From Nemertoderma westbladi (taxonomy: Eukaryota; Animalia; Xenacoelomorpha): a stretch of DNA of 47,312 nt. Shown here in pieces: positions 24,701-36,378 of this stretch. Position numbers and translations under genes: made by a program. Numbering within the stretch: the stretch's first letter is position 1; every line of letters begins with the position of its first letter. Below the pieces are notes generated by a model. That model was not told the DNA's origin. It saw only the letters and a program-made list of their open reading frames with translations, and made no database searches. Location of the stretch: assembly GCA_032718475.1 (NCBI GenBank), contig JAUCBJ010003587.1, positions 1-47,312 of the forward strand. Direction: 5' to 3'.

Positions 24701-25291
24701 CCTGGGATCATGGATCCGGAAGTCAGGTGAGGACCTTCGAATACGTAAGGGAAAGGCATGGGCAGCCTTGAATAGGCTTTCCAGGATTTGGAAGTCACCG
24801 AGAATTAATCGGAAAATTAAGGTCCGATTATTTAGAGCAGCAGTAGTTCCAGTACTCCTCTACGGGAGTCCATGCTGGGCTCTAACTGCTGAGGACACCA
24901 AATCTCTGGATGGCACATTCACAAGAATGCTACGCCGGGTTCATTGTGTCAAGTACAATGCACACATCTCCAACCAGACACTATATAACATTGGAGGTGT
25001 CTCATTGGTTCCCCCAAGCTTGACACTAGAACAAAATCGCCTCCGCTTTGCAGGACATTGCTTTCGCCGTGAGGACCAGCCAGTGCATAATCTTGTACTT
25101 TGGCAGCCTCATGGAGTGAATAAGCATGGTGGACAGCCCATGACTTTCTTGAGACGCATCTTAAAGGACACTGGCCTTAAAGATGCAGATGATCTAGCCA
25201 ATGTCATGGGTGATAGGGAGTTGTGGCGGTGCAATTTTGTTGACAAGCCGGCACAGCATTCTTAAAAATGCAGCTGCAATGCAGCATGCCG
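21721..25291 (+). mobile_element. Apparently full-length RTE-clade LINE family A with a structured 5' UTR
   Basis: Single long APE-RT ORF, hairpin-rich GC-rich leader, ~26-nt 3' UTR shared with other copies; (TAG)n tail absent in this copy. Confidence 0.93.
22038..25265 (+). CDS. RTE ORF: AP endonuclease + reverse transcriptase (open frame from 21948; likely ATG 22038, alternative 21969)
   Basis: VQEHR, GGIG, YSPT, GDFNA, SQIDHIL, SSDH (APE); QNGFRKGR, FVDFFKAFD, GVLQGDTLAPFLF, DFADD, YLGS, LRFAGHC (RT); no internal stops. Confidence 0.95.
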   Translation: MDYISNAEVRPPEASGITGHNRPHRRQLTPDRLPGSPPTGERAANNSLSPFPDDLSGPNPGSPGRPDCDGERDSGVGGYSHVPPRPTKPLVNLRQVTRLASVNTLTLGSPMRQGELTALADKLSLSAVGVQEHRMQTGQTDEVLIKDMGGGWRLALASADDSGNGGIGLLMNPTAHAALDKIDQISNRIIRCHFSCSGRLAKKFPKVVLVVCYSPTSVAPVEEVENFYHNLQAATDGVDQHAFLTFLGDFNASLHQSPTSPWVYSNSVNRNSVHLQDFISGNGLFSAGTQFKKRTGKLWTHSGPSGHKSQIDHILFRRKYRSSIQDCNAFTLRPFSSDHRLIVAKVRLSLRASRTTKSALPRHDWSSLLQQPSVRSSFTLQLSNRYEALASEAADHCEGYTAFTEAVKLAAAETVPVYPRNRKRAPWTDNEIQKCRNDLHKAQKESRLKQTTAAKNAVKAASRSLNRQYSANLQELINQQVDAINDADDSRQSSQAWKSINLLTGRKSQPTTKVKAESPADRLNGWKAHFEKLLNNDRVLPDNFIEVKVSESVLPDIPIGDISFAEVKAAAKSIKTNRASGVDGVPPEVFKIPECLKLIYPIIVDMYRTTRVPQEMKTNKLVPVPKKGNLTLYGSFRGISLISIAAKLYNRILLNRIRDPIERLLRGNQNGFRKGRGTMEPILALRRIIEELSKKKDRHLAVIFVDFFKAFDSVSRSRMFSILSLYGIPDEIIAAIRSVYDGSTTFVSTVDGDTEPFEVLWGVLQGDTLAPFLFIIVVDYVLRMSLDHYNDDGVMITPPTGSRSRGNPAKYLTDLDFADDLGVLSESLEGVQRLLSSLEHAASSVGLFINSRKTKILTVNFESPQQVSDRMSISSKDGMLEHVDDFCYLGSWIRKSGEDLRIRKGKAWAALNRLSRIWKSPRINRKIKVRLFRAAVVPVLLYGSPCWALTAEDTKSLDGTFTRMLRRVHCVKYNAHISNQTLYNIGGVSLVPPSLTLEQNRLRFAGHCFRREDQPVHNLVLWQPHGVNKHGGQPMTFLRRILKDTGLKDADDLANVMGDRELWRCNFVDKPAQHS

Positions 25292-25329
25292 CTATACATA
25301 CACTGTCACCCGTTAGTATTGCTTCCTCG

Positions 25330-25960
25330 TTCCTTCTTCCTTGTTTGTTGTTAAAGTGGCAAATTCCACATTTTCTAAAACCACTGATAATATTCTGGAG
25401 GTCTTCCTTTGCTGCTTTGAACCCCTTATTGAAGAGCGCAAACAGTAGTGTCGGAAATGATGCCTTCATAACAGTTTTTGACGCGATTCATGGTAAATGG
25501 TATTTAGTATGCCATACCAAACCTTTTTTGCCGGCCGGCCCATAGACTGCAACTTCGAGGGGTTGAACTGTTGAAGGACATGCGAACACTTAGATGGGAA
25601 ACACAAAATCGCCACATTAGCTTCCTTAGCTGCTTAGCAGGTGTTGCAGTTTTAAAGGTTAGATGGGATCCATGGCCACGACAATGATTGGTTTAGGTAG
25701 GCCTATCTCTTACCAGTTTCAAAAAATGATTGCAAAACCATTCCTCGAAGGCAAAATCTTCCATCCAACCACTTTTAGTGACATTGTACCCTGTACTGCT
25801 GTATCCGAAGGGCTTCCAACTGTCCATGAATCCATGGATGTTGTGGGAACTCCCTTGAAGATTACATATGGAGCTATGTATTCCCCGGTTGCGTTACCTG
25901 TGAAAAGAACAGGAAACATCGTCTTTCCCTCAGTTCTGCAGTTGGGACAACACACTGCGC
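25330..25960 (-). pseudogene. pogo/Tigger-like DDE_1 transposase remnant
   Basis: GNATGEYIAPYVIFKG, GHGSHLT, LCFPSKCSHVLQ..PLEVAVYGP, NIISGFRKCGICHFN, with frameshifts. Confidence 0.8.
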
Positions 25961-26328
25961 ATTCTTCGTTCCTCTACGATATATTAGCTTCGTCTTCTTC
26001 GGATCCAAGGCTCTTCACTCTTTCCAGTTTCAGGCTGTCAGGGGCACTGAATTTTGAACAACTACCATATTACTGTCAACTGTTATTACTGTATTACTGT
26101 CAACTGTTATTTATTGTACCGGTTCACCAGTATTGGTGTTCAGGTGTATAAACACAACCTGGCAACAGCTTTCATCAGTCCATTAGATGTAGTCTCAGAC
26201 CACACACTCACACACTGACAGACTCATGTTGGCTGCCGTACCTGTAATAACTACTGCAGGTATTGCTGTATTGTCATTATTACTTTGGGGACCATCTTAC
26301 CGTCCCTTACTGCCCCTTACTGCCTTAA

Positions 26329-26676
26329 CCTTCCTATGTACACCTGGGGTCAAAAACGACCCCAGTGACCTAAAGCTCTAATTTTTTCTTCAATAGTTGT
26401 TTGTATGTGGGGTTCTGAACTTGACAGTACAGCGGTACCGGTACCTTCATAGCACATGTAATTCTATGAAATACCATGAATATCTGTTTGTTTAGCTATT
26501 TGATATAAAAATAAACACCTCTTTTTTGAGCAACACTCGCTGTGACCACCTGGGTCAATAATGACCCCATTGATAAAATCAAATACAGGTTAGGGTGCAT
26601 CACCTGTAATACAACTGAATGGGGTCAAAAACGACCCTAGGTGGTGGAAATAGCACGTGTACAGTACATAGGAAGG
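26329..26676. mobile_element. piggyBac-like MITE
   Basis: TIR CCTTCCTATGTAC / GTACATAGGAAGG, flanked by TTAA (26325-26328) and ATAA; subterminal palindromes GGGGTCAAAAACGACCC. Confidence 0.75.
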
Positions 26677-26678
26677 AT

Positions 26679-26845
26679 AAAACACTTATCTGCTTATATC
26701 AGTATATACATATTATATATATATCCAGTACCGTATATAAACACTTATCTGCTTATATACATATTAAAGATATTATATATATATCCGGTACCGTATATAT
26801 ATTATATATATAATAGGCCTATGTATATAAGCAGATAAGTGTTTT
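26679..26845. repeat. Short AT-rich foldback with an internal direct duplication
   Basis: AAAACACTTATCTGCTTATA / TATAAGCAGATAAGTGTTTT; left arm duplicated at ~26739. Confidence 0.65.
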
Positions 26846-28790
26846 AAGGGGGGGTACACCATTTTCGGACAACTCTTCGATTTATCACTCTCAGCGTTTC
26901 AAAATTGTTTGGTTTTGGCTATAATTTGGAATATTGGTGCCTAAGATGCTATTCTACATGTCAGGTTAGAAAATTTTTATTTTTCGCTATTTAATATTAG
27001 TTAATACTAGTTAACAACAAAAAAACTTGATTGCGCTTAAAACCCTAAGGCTTTTGCAGTTTTGAATCTAATCACATGAAAGTTTTTTTATATGATAGAT
27101 CAAAGACGGGGCAACATAACTATCAGGCGAAATTTTGTGAAAATAATTATGCACCGCTAGGTGGCGCTGCAAATTTATGCCTAATTTTTAGGTTTGTTAT
27201 AAATAGTATTAAATTTTATTAACAAATAATTTCGAAAAGTTGTCTGATACTTTTATGCAGGGTGGCTATCTAGACACCCACAGAAAGTTTCAGACTAATT
27301 GCTCAAAAATTGTAGAAGTAGTAGGGTTTTGAAGTTGACAATTTCATAAAAAAAATCTTTTGAGATAATCGACCTTTCATTATATATAGTAATAGTAATT
27401 TCAATAGGAATCCCTAAATGGAAATTGTTATAACTTAAAAACTAAAAGAGCTATTAAATAGCGGTTTTCACATTTGGAAACACCATTCAATGGTACATTA
27501 TAATAGATCATAAAAAAAAATACCCATCCAAAACTTCTCCGGTAAGGCCTCTCAACGTAGCAATAGTCTGATAGTAAGATATTCAGGCTTACCTTTCTTA
27601 ATCGAGTCTGCCATTGAGAGTATAAAGAATTGAGCCAATAAATTCCAGGCCGATTATCGTTAAAGACACTGACAGACTGACTTGTTCAAGTCTTGATTTG
27701 AGATATTGTTGTATGATGATGGCAACCTCATTCAAGGTTATACTTATAGCATAGCCCATCTGTAGTCAGACATGAACTCCAGCCCTGAAACCAAATATTC
27801 TTCAACGTCAAGCGCTTTTTCGCAAAAAAGGTTATGTCCCGAATTACCCCGTTTTACCCTATTGAAATAATAAATTAGATATAATAATTGATAAAACATT
27901 AGGCCCTAAGTAAATTAATCTGGGTCGAATTGACTTGGAAGGTCTGAAGGTGGGGCGAATCGGTCAACTGTCGAAGTCGATTTGCCAACCAATGTACATA
28001 GGCCTATTCCCTTACACCTTACATTACTGTATTATGGGGCGAATAGACTTGGTGCGAGCGAGCGAATATGGAATATATCTTGCACATAACTGCATAACCT
28101 GCAGACCTGCGAATGGTTGTGTGTGAACCTGATTTTTAATACTAATAAGATTAATTAAGTAGGCCCTAAACATTAAATTACTAAAATTATTAATTAATAA
28201 ATAGGCAGATAGGCTACGCTACCGGTACTTTAGGAGTGAGTAGGTAGGTACGGTATTGTAAATTATATTTAAGTAATATGATTAGGCAGTTAGGCCTAAC
28301 GGTAATGCTGTAATGTTGAATACAACATTTTACTCTCGATTCTTTATAGGCCTATTAGGCCTATCACATTTCAAGTTGAAATCGATCGACCTCCCTACTC
28401 TTTTTTTTTTACATTACCGGTAATTAATAAATTCATTTTTTATTCGTTAAATAATAATATTAATAATACATAATATTGTAAACATGTGATTATAAATGGT
28501 GGCAATACCAGAATACGGACGGCAATACAATACAACCATGTAACAACTTTTTGTTTTCGTTTACAATTTGATGTAGATATCGGACCCCAGGCCGGATAGC
28601 AAAAAAAGAAATTAGGTGCACTTGCACTGCACCGCACCATGAGGCACGAGTTCCACAAGTTACAATTGAATTGAAGTTACGTTAAAATTTTGCTATATCC
28701 AGAATTGTAGGTTGATTAGTTAGATATATACCGGTATCTATCTATATAGGCCTATATTTCACTGTTTATTTCTTTAAGAAGCTTTTAATA

Positions 28791-29504
28791 ATGGATTGCG
28801 ATGACAGCATTAACAATTGTATATCACTCTGTGAAGGTCACTTATCTTGTGTTGGACTTGACCTTGAAACTTTTACAGATGAGTTACTCACTCACACGGA
28901 AAGCACTACACGTCTCGACTTAACTTTCAACCGCCTCAAAGACCTCCAGCCTCTGGTTAGTTTCACCAAGCTAACCGAACTAATCCTAGATAACAACTGG
29001 ATCTCTGACAACACAATACTTACGTTTCCAAGGTTACCGCTCCTTCATACATTATCCCTTAACAAAAACCGCATCGTGGATCTGGGTCAGTTACTATGGC
29101 TGCTCAAGGAGTGTGTTCCATGTCTGTCCTACTTGAGTCTCATCGGAAATGAAGCCTGTCCTAACGAACTAAGTTCTCTTGAAGCCGGCGAGGAAGATTA
29201 TCAACGTTACCGGTACAACGTGCTACGTCATCTACCCAAACTCGAGTTTCTCGATTCTCGAAGGGTTACGGAGAAAGAATGTCTTGCCAGTCAAATATTT
29301 GGTTCGTGTCTCGATCCAGTGAAGCCAGTAGACAACTCTGAACTCAATGAGGCCTCGAGTAAGGCTTGCGGTACCACTTATTCCCCTTTACCACATGTAA
29401 ATAAACTAGATGGCGAACACCACGGCACGTTGGTGACTAGTCAGTATACATACCACGGCAAGCATTCCGAGGGGAATAGGTTCATTAGGAACAATGAGTT
29501 GTAA
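28791..29504 (+). CDS. LRMDA: Leucine-rich melanocyte differentiation-associated protein homologue (C10orf11/OCA7), single coding exon
   Basis: LRRs LDLTFNRL, LILDNN, LHTLSLNKNRI; YLSLIGNEACPNEL..EEDYQRYR..LPKLEFLD; YSPLP; C-terminal YHGKHSEGNRFIRNNEL matches the LRMDA signature as I recall it. Confidence 0.92.
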   Translation: MDCDDSINNCISLCEGHLSCVGLDLETFTDELLTHTESTTRLDLTFNRLKDLQPLVSFTKLTELILDNNWISDNTILTFPRLPLLHTLSLNKNRIVDLGQLLWLLKECVPCLSYLSLIGNEACPNELSSLEAGEEDYQRYRYNVLRHLPKLEFLDSRRVTEKECLASQIFGSCLDPVKPVDNSELNEASSKACGTTYSPLPHVNKLDGEHHGTLVTSQYTYHGKHSEGNRFIRNNEL

Positions 29505-29883
29505 CAACGCACAACAACACATGGTAGAAATTACCGCTACCGGTACCTTACTGCTTACTTAGTAGTGCGGATTGCAGGTTGAGCCACCCAATGTGACTGG
29601 TAACCATGGTATAACCAACAAATCTTAATTCCAAAACGCATCACCTGGCAACTGCAATTAGCTGCTTTTTCAATAATATTATTTAATTCACAGATTTGTA
29701 TTGCCGGTACTTTTTTTTTTTACAACAATGTCATTTTTACGATAAATATGTTTGTTTTGAAGGAAGTTGGGACATCGCCTTAAGCAGGCGCATTTTGCAA
29801 AAAAGTTGGTAGATTTTTTAAAATATACTCACTCACTTTATATAGTCCCACCATCACACTATGCTGTATAATGTATTATGATA

Positions 29884-29934
29884 CACCATGTTCTGGAATA
29901 TAGTGTCGTTATTCAGTCGTTATATAGTGTCGTC

Positions 29935-29965
<31 letters not shown>

Positions 29966-30824
29966 ATATTTCTACAAATCTTAATGCGATTGCATGAAAT
30001 TTGAAATATAGATAATTTCACTCCCTCCTCCTCCGTGGGTGAGTCAGAATTTTTATTCTCGCTTTCATTCTTTAGCTAAAGGCGTTTTAAAAGGTGTCTC
30101 CGGTGATATTTCACCAGTTACACTCCAGTTATTCTTCAACCATATAGTGATCTGTTGGTACTAGTGGAAAGCTGGCCATGTAAGGATTCCAAATATGTAA
30201 CATAATCTGAATTTGGTTGGGAATTAGCTGAGATATGAGCGTTGAAAAGTTGCATAGTTTTGCATCTGCATGAGGCTATTTTATTCTATTAAATAAAAAT
30301 ACCATATTCTAAAACATTTTGTTTATTTATGAATAGCTACGTAATAGTATAATTAAAGAGGTATTGCATTGTTGCCCAGCTACGTATTTGGATAAACAAA
30401 ATGTTCTAGAATGTGGTACATTAATTAAATATAATAAATGGCCTGCTGGGGAAGCAAATACATACAACATTCGAATGCCCATATCTCAGGTAATTCCCAA
30501 CCAAATTCAAATATTTTTACTTATGTGGATTCCTTGCACGGTCAGCTTTCCACTAGTACCAACAAATCACTAAATGTTTGAAGAATAACTGCGGTGTAAC
30601 TGGTGCAATATCGACGGAGACACCTTTTTCAAACGCTTGTAGCTAAAGAATGAAAGCGAAAATAAGAATTCTGGCTCATCCAGCAAGGAGGAGGGAGGTG
30701 AAACTGAATGTGTTTCAAATTTCATGCAATTTAATTAAGATTTGTGGAAATAAATTTTTTTTTTTGGGGGGGGGGAGGGGGGGGCAGGTACCTGAATAAC
30801 GACACTATATTCCAGGACATGGTG
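29884..30824. mobile_element. Long-TIR foldback MITE (family M), TA TSD
   Basis: CACCATGTTCTGGAATATAGTGTCGTTATTCAG.. / ..CTGAATAACGACACTATATTCCAGGACATGGTG; arms of ~450 bp with mirrored poly-C/poly-G runs; TA on both sides. Confidence 0.88.
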
Positions 30825-32498
30825 TATTTATAACTAACGTTGGGGGGGGGGGGGGGGGATTGCCGCGTTGGTCTTCACACGAAGATGTAAAGTGGTTCAA
30901 AAGTTAAAAGTAACGATATATAAAAAGAAACTTTGTTTATTGCTATAGTTAGAAATTCTGTCATTGTAACTTCAGCTCCTTTTCCATAATATAAAATGGT
31001 AAAAAAATTCACTTAAACCCGTTTTATTAACGCGTTTTTTAGGCTCCATAGTGAACGTTCGAATATGTAGAGGTGGCAGGTTACTGTGGCACGTTATTCT
31101 AACCAATCCAATACACGAGACGAGAGACAATGCACAAGTTACAGTTGACTGACTGACTATCGGCGTCCCTAATGGTCCCATTCGGTGTTTTCTTGACTCT
31201 TTCGACTTGTTTTCTTTATTTTTTTTGGTTAGATATATTTTTCTTTGATATTTTATAATATACAAAGTTATACTATTCATTTATATTACAAGTGTTGGCT
31301 TGGACATCGAAAATGATGTATTTTATGGAAAATAATTTCGGAAATTCCGCTAAATTTCTTAGATTATGACTTAGGGTTAGCGTTACTTACATGCAGGTTT
31401 AATTAGTAATGCCTGACCAACTAACCCTAACCAAAATAATAAACCAACTAGGCCTATACCCGCCATAAAATACAATCCTCCATAGCCTCAACAAATTCAT
31501 TGTACAAACTCATTAATTAGTAAAATTTTAGTTTTCTGTATTGCTGTATTGGATTTGTAGCTGGACTTGAAACGTGACTACCAATTTCACTATATTGCGT
31601 GTGTGCATCTGCGTAAAACAATTGATGCAAGGCACATCACGCTATAATTTGAGCTGACATGACCAGAATAGGGAGGGTTCAGTTTAAGATGTTCTCATTG
31701 GATTGTAATTTAATAAGTATGAATTGTGATCAGCATATTGACGCTGTCAATCAACCCTTTGAAAATCTTCGCAATAGTAGATATGGTTTAAATCTTTTAA
31801 ATGCGTTCATTCGCATTTTTCAATGTTATTCGATTTGATAAATAAATACCATTGGTTTAATTAATGATTTAAACCGCTGGTTTATTAAATAAACTCTTGG
31901 TTTTAATGTAAAACCGGTTTCTTCAGTGTGACATCACGGGCGCCACTTCGGCCCTTCGAAAATTTAACTGTGACCTGTGCTATTGACTCTTGTTTATTAT
32001 TTTGGTTAGAATAAAATATGCTTATTCGGACCATCATCCCATTCGGACCTTCGTCCTGGAACCGAAGGAAATATAAACTGAACCTGTTTGTTTTTATAAA
32101 ACTCATGGGGTACAGGCAGTTACGGTGTCTCTGATTAGGCTTACTACCATTGGGTTGTGTACCTATTACTGTATCATGTAAGGGGGGGGGGGGGGGGGGT
32201 ATATCGATATGATAACGATCGGTTACCATGGTTACATAATTAATTGCCTACTGTAGTTAAATTATTGCTTTTCTTAATTATAATCAGTATTTTTGTTTTA
32301 ATTATTTTTTTTTCCAATATAAAAATACTAATTTAATTTCATAATTAATTATTTTCAACATCCATCATCTCCCTTTGAGGTCCGAATCAGGGTAAAGGAT
32401 GTTTGCTCTGGTGTCTGTGTATCCCTAAGCAGTGCAACTTTCTACATATAGTGCTTTCGCCAAACCAACATTATTAGTGGTAACCTGTTCATTTCTAA

Positions 32499-34763
32499 AG
32501 AGCCATAAGTACAGTGTGTGTGATACTTTTAGAGCCATCAGTACAGTTATGTGTGATACTTTTAGAGCCATCAGTACAGTTATGTGTGATACTTTTAGAG
32601 CCAGCAGTACTGTATTTGTGATACTTTTAGAGCCATCAGTACAGTTATGTGTGATACTTTTAGAGCCATCAGTACAGTTATGTGTGATACTTTTAGAGCC
32701 AGCAGTACTGTATGTGTGATACTTTTAGAGCCATCAGTACAGTATGTGTGATACTTTTAGAGCCATCAGTACAGTTATGTGTGATACTTTTAGAGCCTCA
32801 GTACAGTTATGTGTGATACTTTTAGAGCCATCAGTACAGTTATGTGTGATACTTTTAGAGCCATCAGTACAGTGTGTGTGATACTTTTAGAGCCATCAAT
32901 GCAGTTATGTGTGATACTTTTAGAGCCATCAGTACAGTTATGTGTGATACTTTTAGAGCTATCAGTACAGTTATGTGTGATACTTTTAGAGCCATCAGTA
33001 CAGTTATGTGTGATACTTTTAGAGCCATCAGTACAGTTATGTGTGATACTTTTAGAGCCATCAGTACAGTTATGTGTGATACTTTTAGAGCCATCAGAAC
33101 AGTTATGTGTGATACTTTTAGAGCCATCAGTACAGTTATGTGTGATACTTTTAGAGCCATCAGTACAGATGTGTGATACTTTTAGAGCCATCAGAACAGT
33201 TATGTGTGATACTTTTAGAGTCATCAGTACAGTTATTTGTGATACTTTTAGAGCCATCAGTACAGTTATTTGTGATACTTTTAGAGCCATCAGTACAGTT
33301 ATGTGTGATACTTTTAGAGCCATCAGTAGTTATGTGTGATACTTTTAGAGCCATCAGTACAGTTATGTGTGATACTTTTAGAGCCATCAGTACAGTTATG
33401 TGTGATACTTTTAGAGCCATTAGTACAGTATGTGTTTTATTTTTAGAGCCAGCAGTACAGTTATGTGTGATACTTTTAGAGCCATCAGTACAGTATGTGT
33501 GATACTTTTAGAGCCATCAGTACAGTATGTGTGATACTTTTAGAGCCATCAGTACAGTTATGTGTGATACTTTTAGAGTCATCAGTAGAGTTATGTGTGA
33601 TACTTTTAGAGCCATCAGTACAGTATGTGTGATACTTTTAGAGCCATCAGTAGAGTAAGTGTGATACTTTTAGAGCCATCGGTACAGTTATGTGTGATAC
33701 TTTTAGAGCCAGCAGTACAGTTATGTGTGATACTTTTAGAGCCATCAGTACAGTATGTGTGATACTTTTAGAGCCATCAGTACAGTAAGTGTGATTTAGA
33801 GCCATCAGTGCAGTTATGTGTGATACTTTTAGAGCCATCAGTACAGTTGATACTTTTAGAGCCATCAGTACAGTTATGTGTGATACTTTTAGAGCCATCA
33901 GTACAGTAAGTGTGATACTTTTAGAGCCATCAGTACAGTAAGTGTGATTTAGAGCCATCAGTACAGTTATGTGTGATACTTTAGAGCCATCAGTACAGTA
34001 TGTGTGATACTTTTAGAGCCATCAGTACAGTAAGTGTGATTTAGAGCCATCAGTACAGTTATGTGTGATACTTTTAGAGCCATCAGTACAGTTATGTGTG
34101 ATACTTTTAGAGCCATCAGTACAGTTATGTGTGATACTTTTAGAGCCATCAGTACAGTTATGTGTGATACTTTTAGAGCCAGCAGTACTGTATGTGTGAT
34201 ACTTTTAGAGCCATCAGTACAGTATGTGTGATACTTTTAGAGCCATCGGTACAGTTATGTGTGATACTTTTAGAGCCATCAGTACAGTTATGTGTGATAC
34301 TTTTAGAGCCAGCAGTACTGTATGTGTGATACTTTTAGAGCCATCAGTACAGTATGTGTGATACTTTTAGAGCCATCGGTACAGTTATGTGTGATACTTT
34401 TAGAGCCATCAGTACAGTTATGTGTGATACTTTTAGAGCCATCAGTACAGTTATGTGTGATACTTTTAGAGCCATCAGAACAGTTATGTGTGATACTTTT
34501 AGAGCCATCAATGCAGTTATGTGTGATACTTTTAGAGCCATCAGTACAGTTATGTGTGATACTTTTAGAGCCATCGGTACAGTTATGTGTGATACTTTTA
34601 GAGCCAGCAGTACTGTATGTGTGATACTTTTAGAGCCATCAGTACAGTGTGTGTGATACTTTTAGAGCCATCAGTACAGTTATGTGTGATACTTTTAGAG
34701 CCATCAGTACAGTATGTGTGATACTTTTAGAGCCATCAGTACAGTATGTGTGATACTTTTAGA
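32499..34763. repeat. 33-bp tandem satellite, ~69 units
   Basis: Unit TACAGTTATGTGTGATACTTTTAGAGCCATCAG with 32-bp and 28-bp variants; produces the spurious 11-aa repeat ORFs. Confidence 0.98.
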
Positions 34764-35598
34764 ATCTATATAGGAGATAAAATTTTACCATATTTTATTG
34801 ATGAAGATTTCTTGGTGTTGGAGATCGTCAAATTGAGAGTTGTGGTATTAATTCCGATTCCGAACAGGACAAGTATTCAATATTGTACTCACCCAAACCC
34901 AGTTACATACTCAGGGATCCAATAATTGAATTTGAATGGATTCTGTGATATTTTGAGAAATAAGTTGTTGGTACCATTGGATCGAGCTGAAATGGTATCA
35001 TGGCTTGGATTGTAAAACGCTTTTAGGGACATTTTATAACCCCCTCCACTCACTTCGACACAAATCTTTTCTAAAAATAATTATTTTATTTCACTAAAAA
35101 TAGCTATCCGCCACTATTAATAACTGAATTTCCATTAAAAATATTGAAACCGCATGCAGCAGTTATTATTTCAAAATTTATACATCACTTAACGCCACTA
35201 GTGTATAGTCAATAGTCATGCCAGTGATGATTTATAGTGGTAATAGTATTTTTGCCGTGGTAAAAAATAGAAATTACCCCCTTAAGAAATGCAGAAGCTA
35301 CGAGATCATAATGATAATAATTGGCATATTGGTCTGACTGAAAATTTGTCTCCAAACGTAAAGCATAGGCTACTGTAATTCCTGAAATTTTATGACGTCG
35401 CACATCAGTTTTTTCCATTTCTGAACAACTTATTACAATATTATGACGTCGGACATCATGTCAAATTCAAATTGAAAGGCATATAATTGGATTGTAGCGC
35501 AGCTATTCTGAGATAATTAATATTGTAACCTGGTTATTTGTTTATTAAATAGAATAAACGTATTCGAGCTGTAAGAAACGCAGCCATATTTAATAAGC

Positions 35599-35640
35599 AC
35601 TACTACTACTACGATCGGCATGCTGCATTGCAGCTGCATT
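35599..35640 (-). mobile_element. Extremely 5'-truncated RTE family A insertion (3' UTR + tail only)
   Basis: Reverse complement AATGCAGCTGCAATGCAGCATGCCGATC followed by (GTA)n matches the family A 3' end. Confidence 0.85.
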
Positions 35641-35659
35641 ATATATAATATATTACATA

Positions 35660-35937
35660 ATTAATTGTACCGGTATAATCGGATTGAAAACAACCGTGAG
35701 GGCAAGATCCGGTTTGTAAATATAACAACAATAATATGCTATAGAGCAAAATAAAAACCAATATCTTACAAAAAGATAATTTTTCTTTTACAAATTTTTG
35801 ACTCGACATGAGTCTTATTCATGTATTTATAATAAATGCATGAATAAAACTCATGTCGAGTCGAAAATTTGGAAAAGAAGAATTTTCTTTTTGTAAGATA
35901 CTGGTTTTTATTTTGCTTTATAGCATATTATTGTTAT
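35660..35937. mobile_element. Unclassified foldback insertion: ~215-bp palindrome bounded by a 16-bp direct repeat
   Basis: Arms ~35722-35828 and ~35832-35940 are complementary; TATAATATATTACATA at 35644-35659 and 35938-35953. Confidence 0.7.
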
Positions 35938-36378
35938 TATAATATATTACATATATAAATCACAAATAAAGTGGTCCTTCCAACCTTTGAGTCGTTCAGC
36001 TAGATAATTAGCACTAATTACTATAAATAAAAGTCCTTTAGTAAAACTGTTACTTTAATAATTAAGATTACGTTATAATTATTTGTGGTAAATAAATTAA
36101 TGTTGCTGACACACAAACTTTGTTGAACCTTCCACATAATTTATTAAAATATAGGTATCACATTACGGATGTGTATTTAAGGGTAGAATCGATTCTAGTT
36201 TTATTAGCTTTCATTTATGTTCTGGAATATATTATAATATATATTTAGCAAGTTTCAATTAGTCGTTAGCCCCGCCCATATATCCAGACATACACATACA
36301 GTTATTTGTTTATTATATTATATATATATTATATATATATATATTATATTATATTATATTTATTTGTGTGGAATTAAT

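Noticed and set aside
23354-24798. Antisense and alternative-frame ORFs over the RTE (also at 3741-4778 and 37810-39058)
   Set aside because: Shadow ORFs that recur only because the element copies are near-identical; no recognisable domains.
26844-27550. Kolobok-like element starting TTAA-GGGGGGGGTACACC
   Set aside because: No convincing matching right terminus was found, so it is not called as a feature.
31371-31432. TTAGGGTTAG / CTAACCCTAACC telomere-like motifs
   Set aside because: Fewer than two full units each; not an interstitial telomeric array.
32432-34656. Many ORFs with 11-aa repeats; superficially CRISPR-like periodicity
   Set aside because: Artefacts of a 33-bp tandem satellite: open in several frames on both strands, no unique spacers, no cas genes, eukaryotic context.
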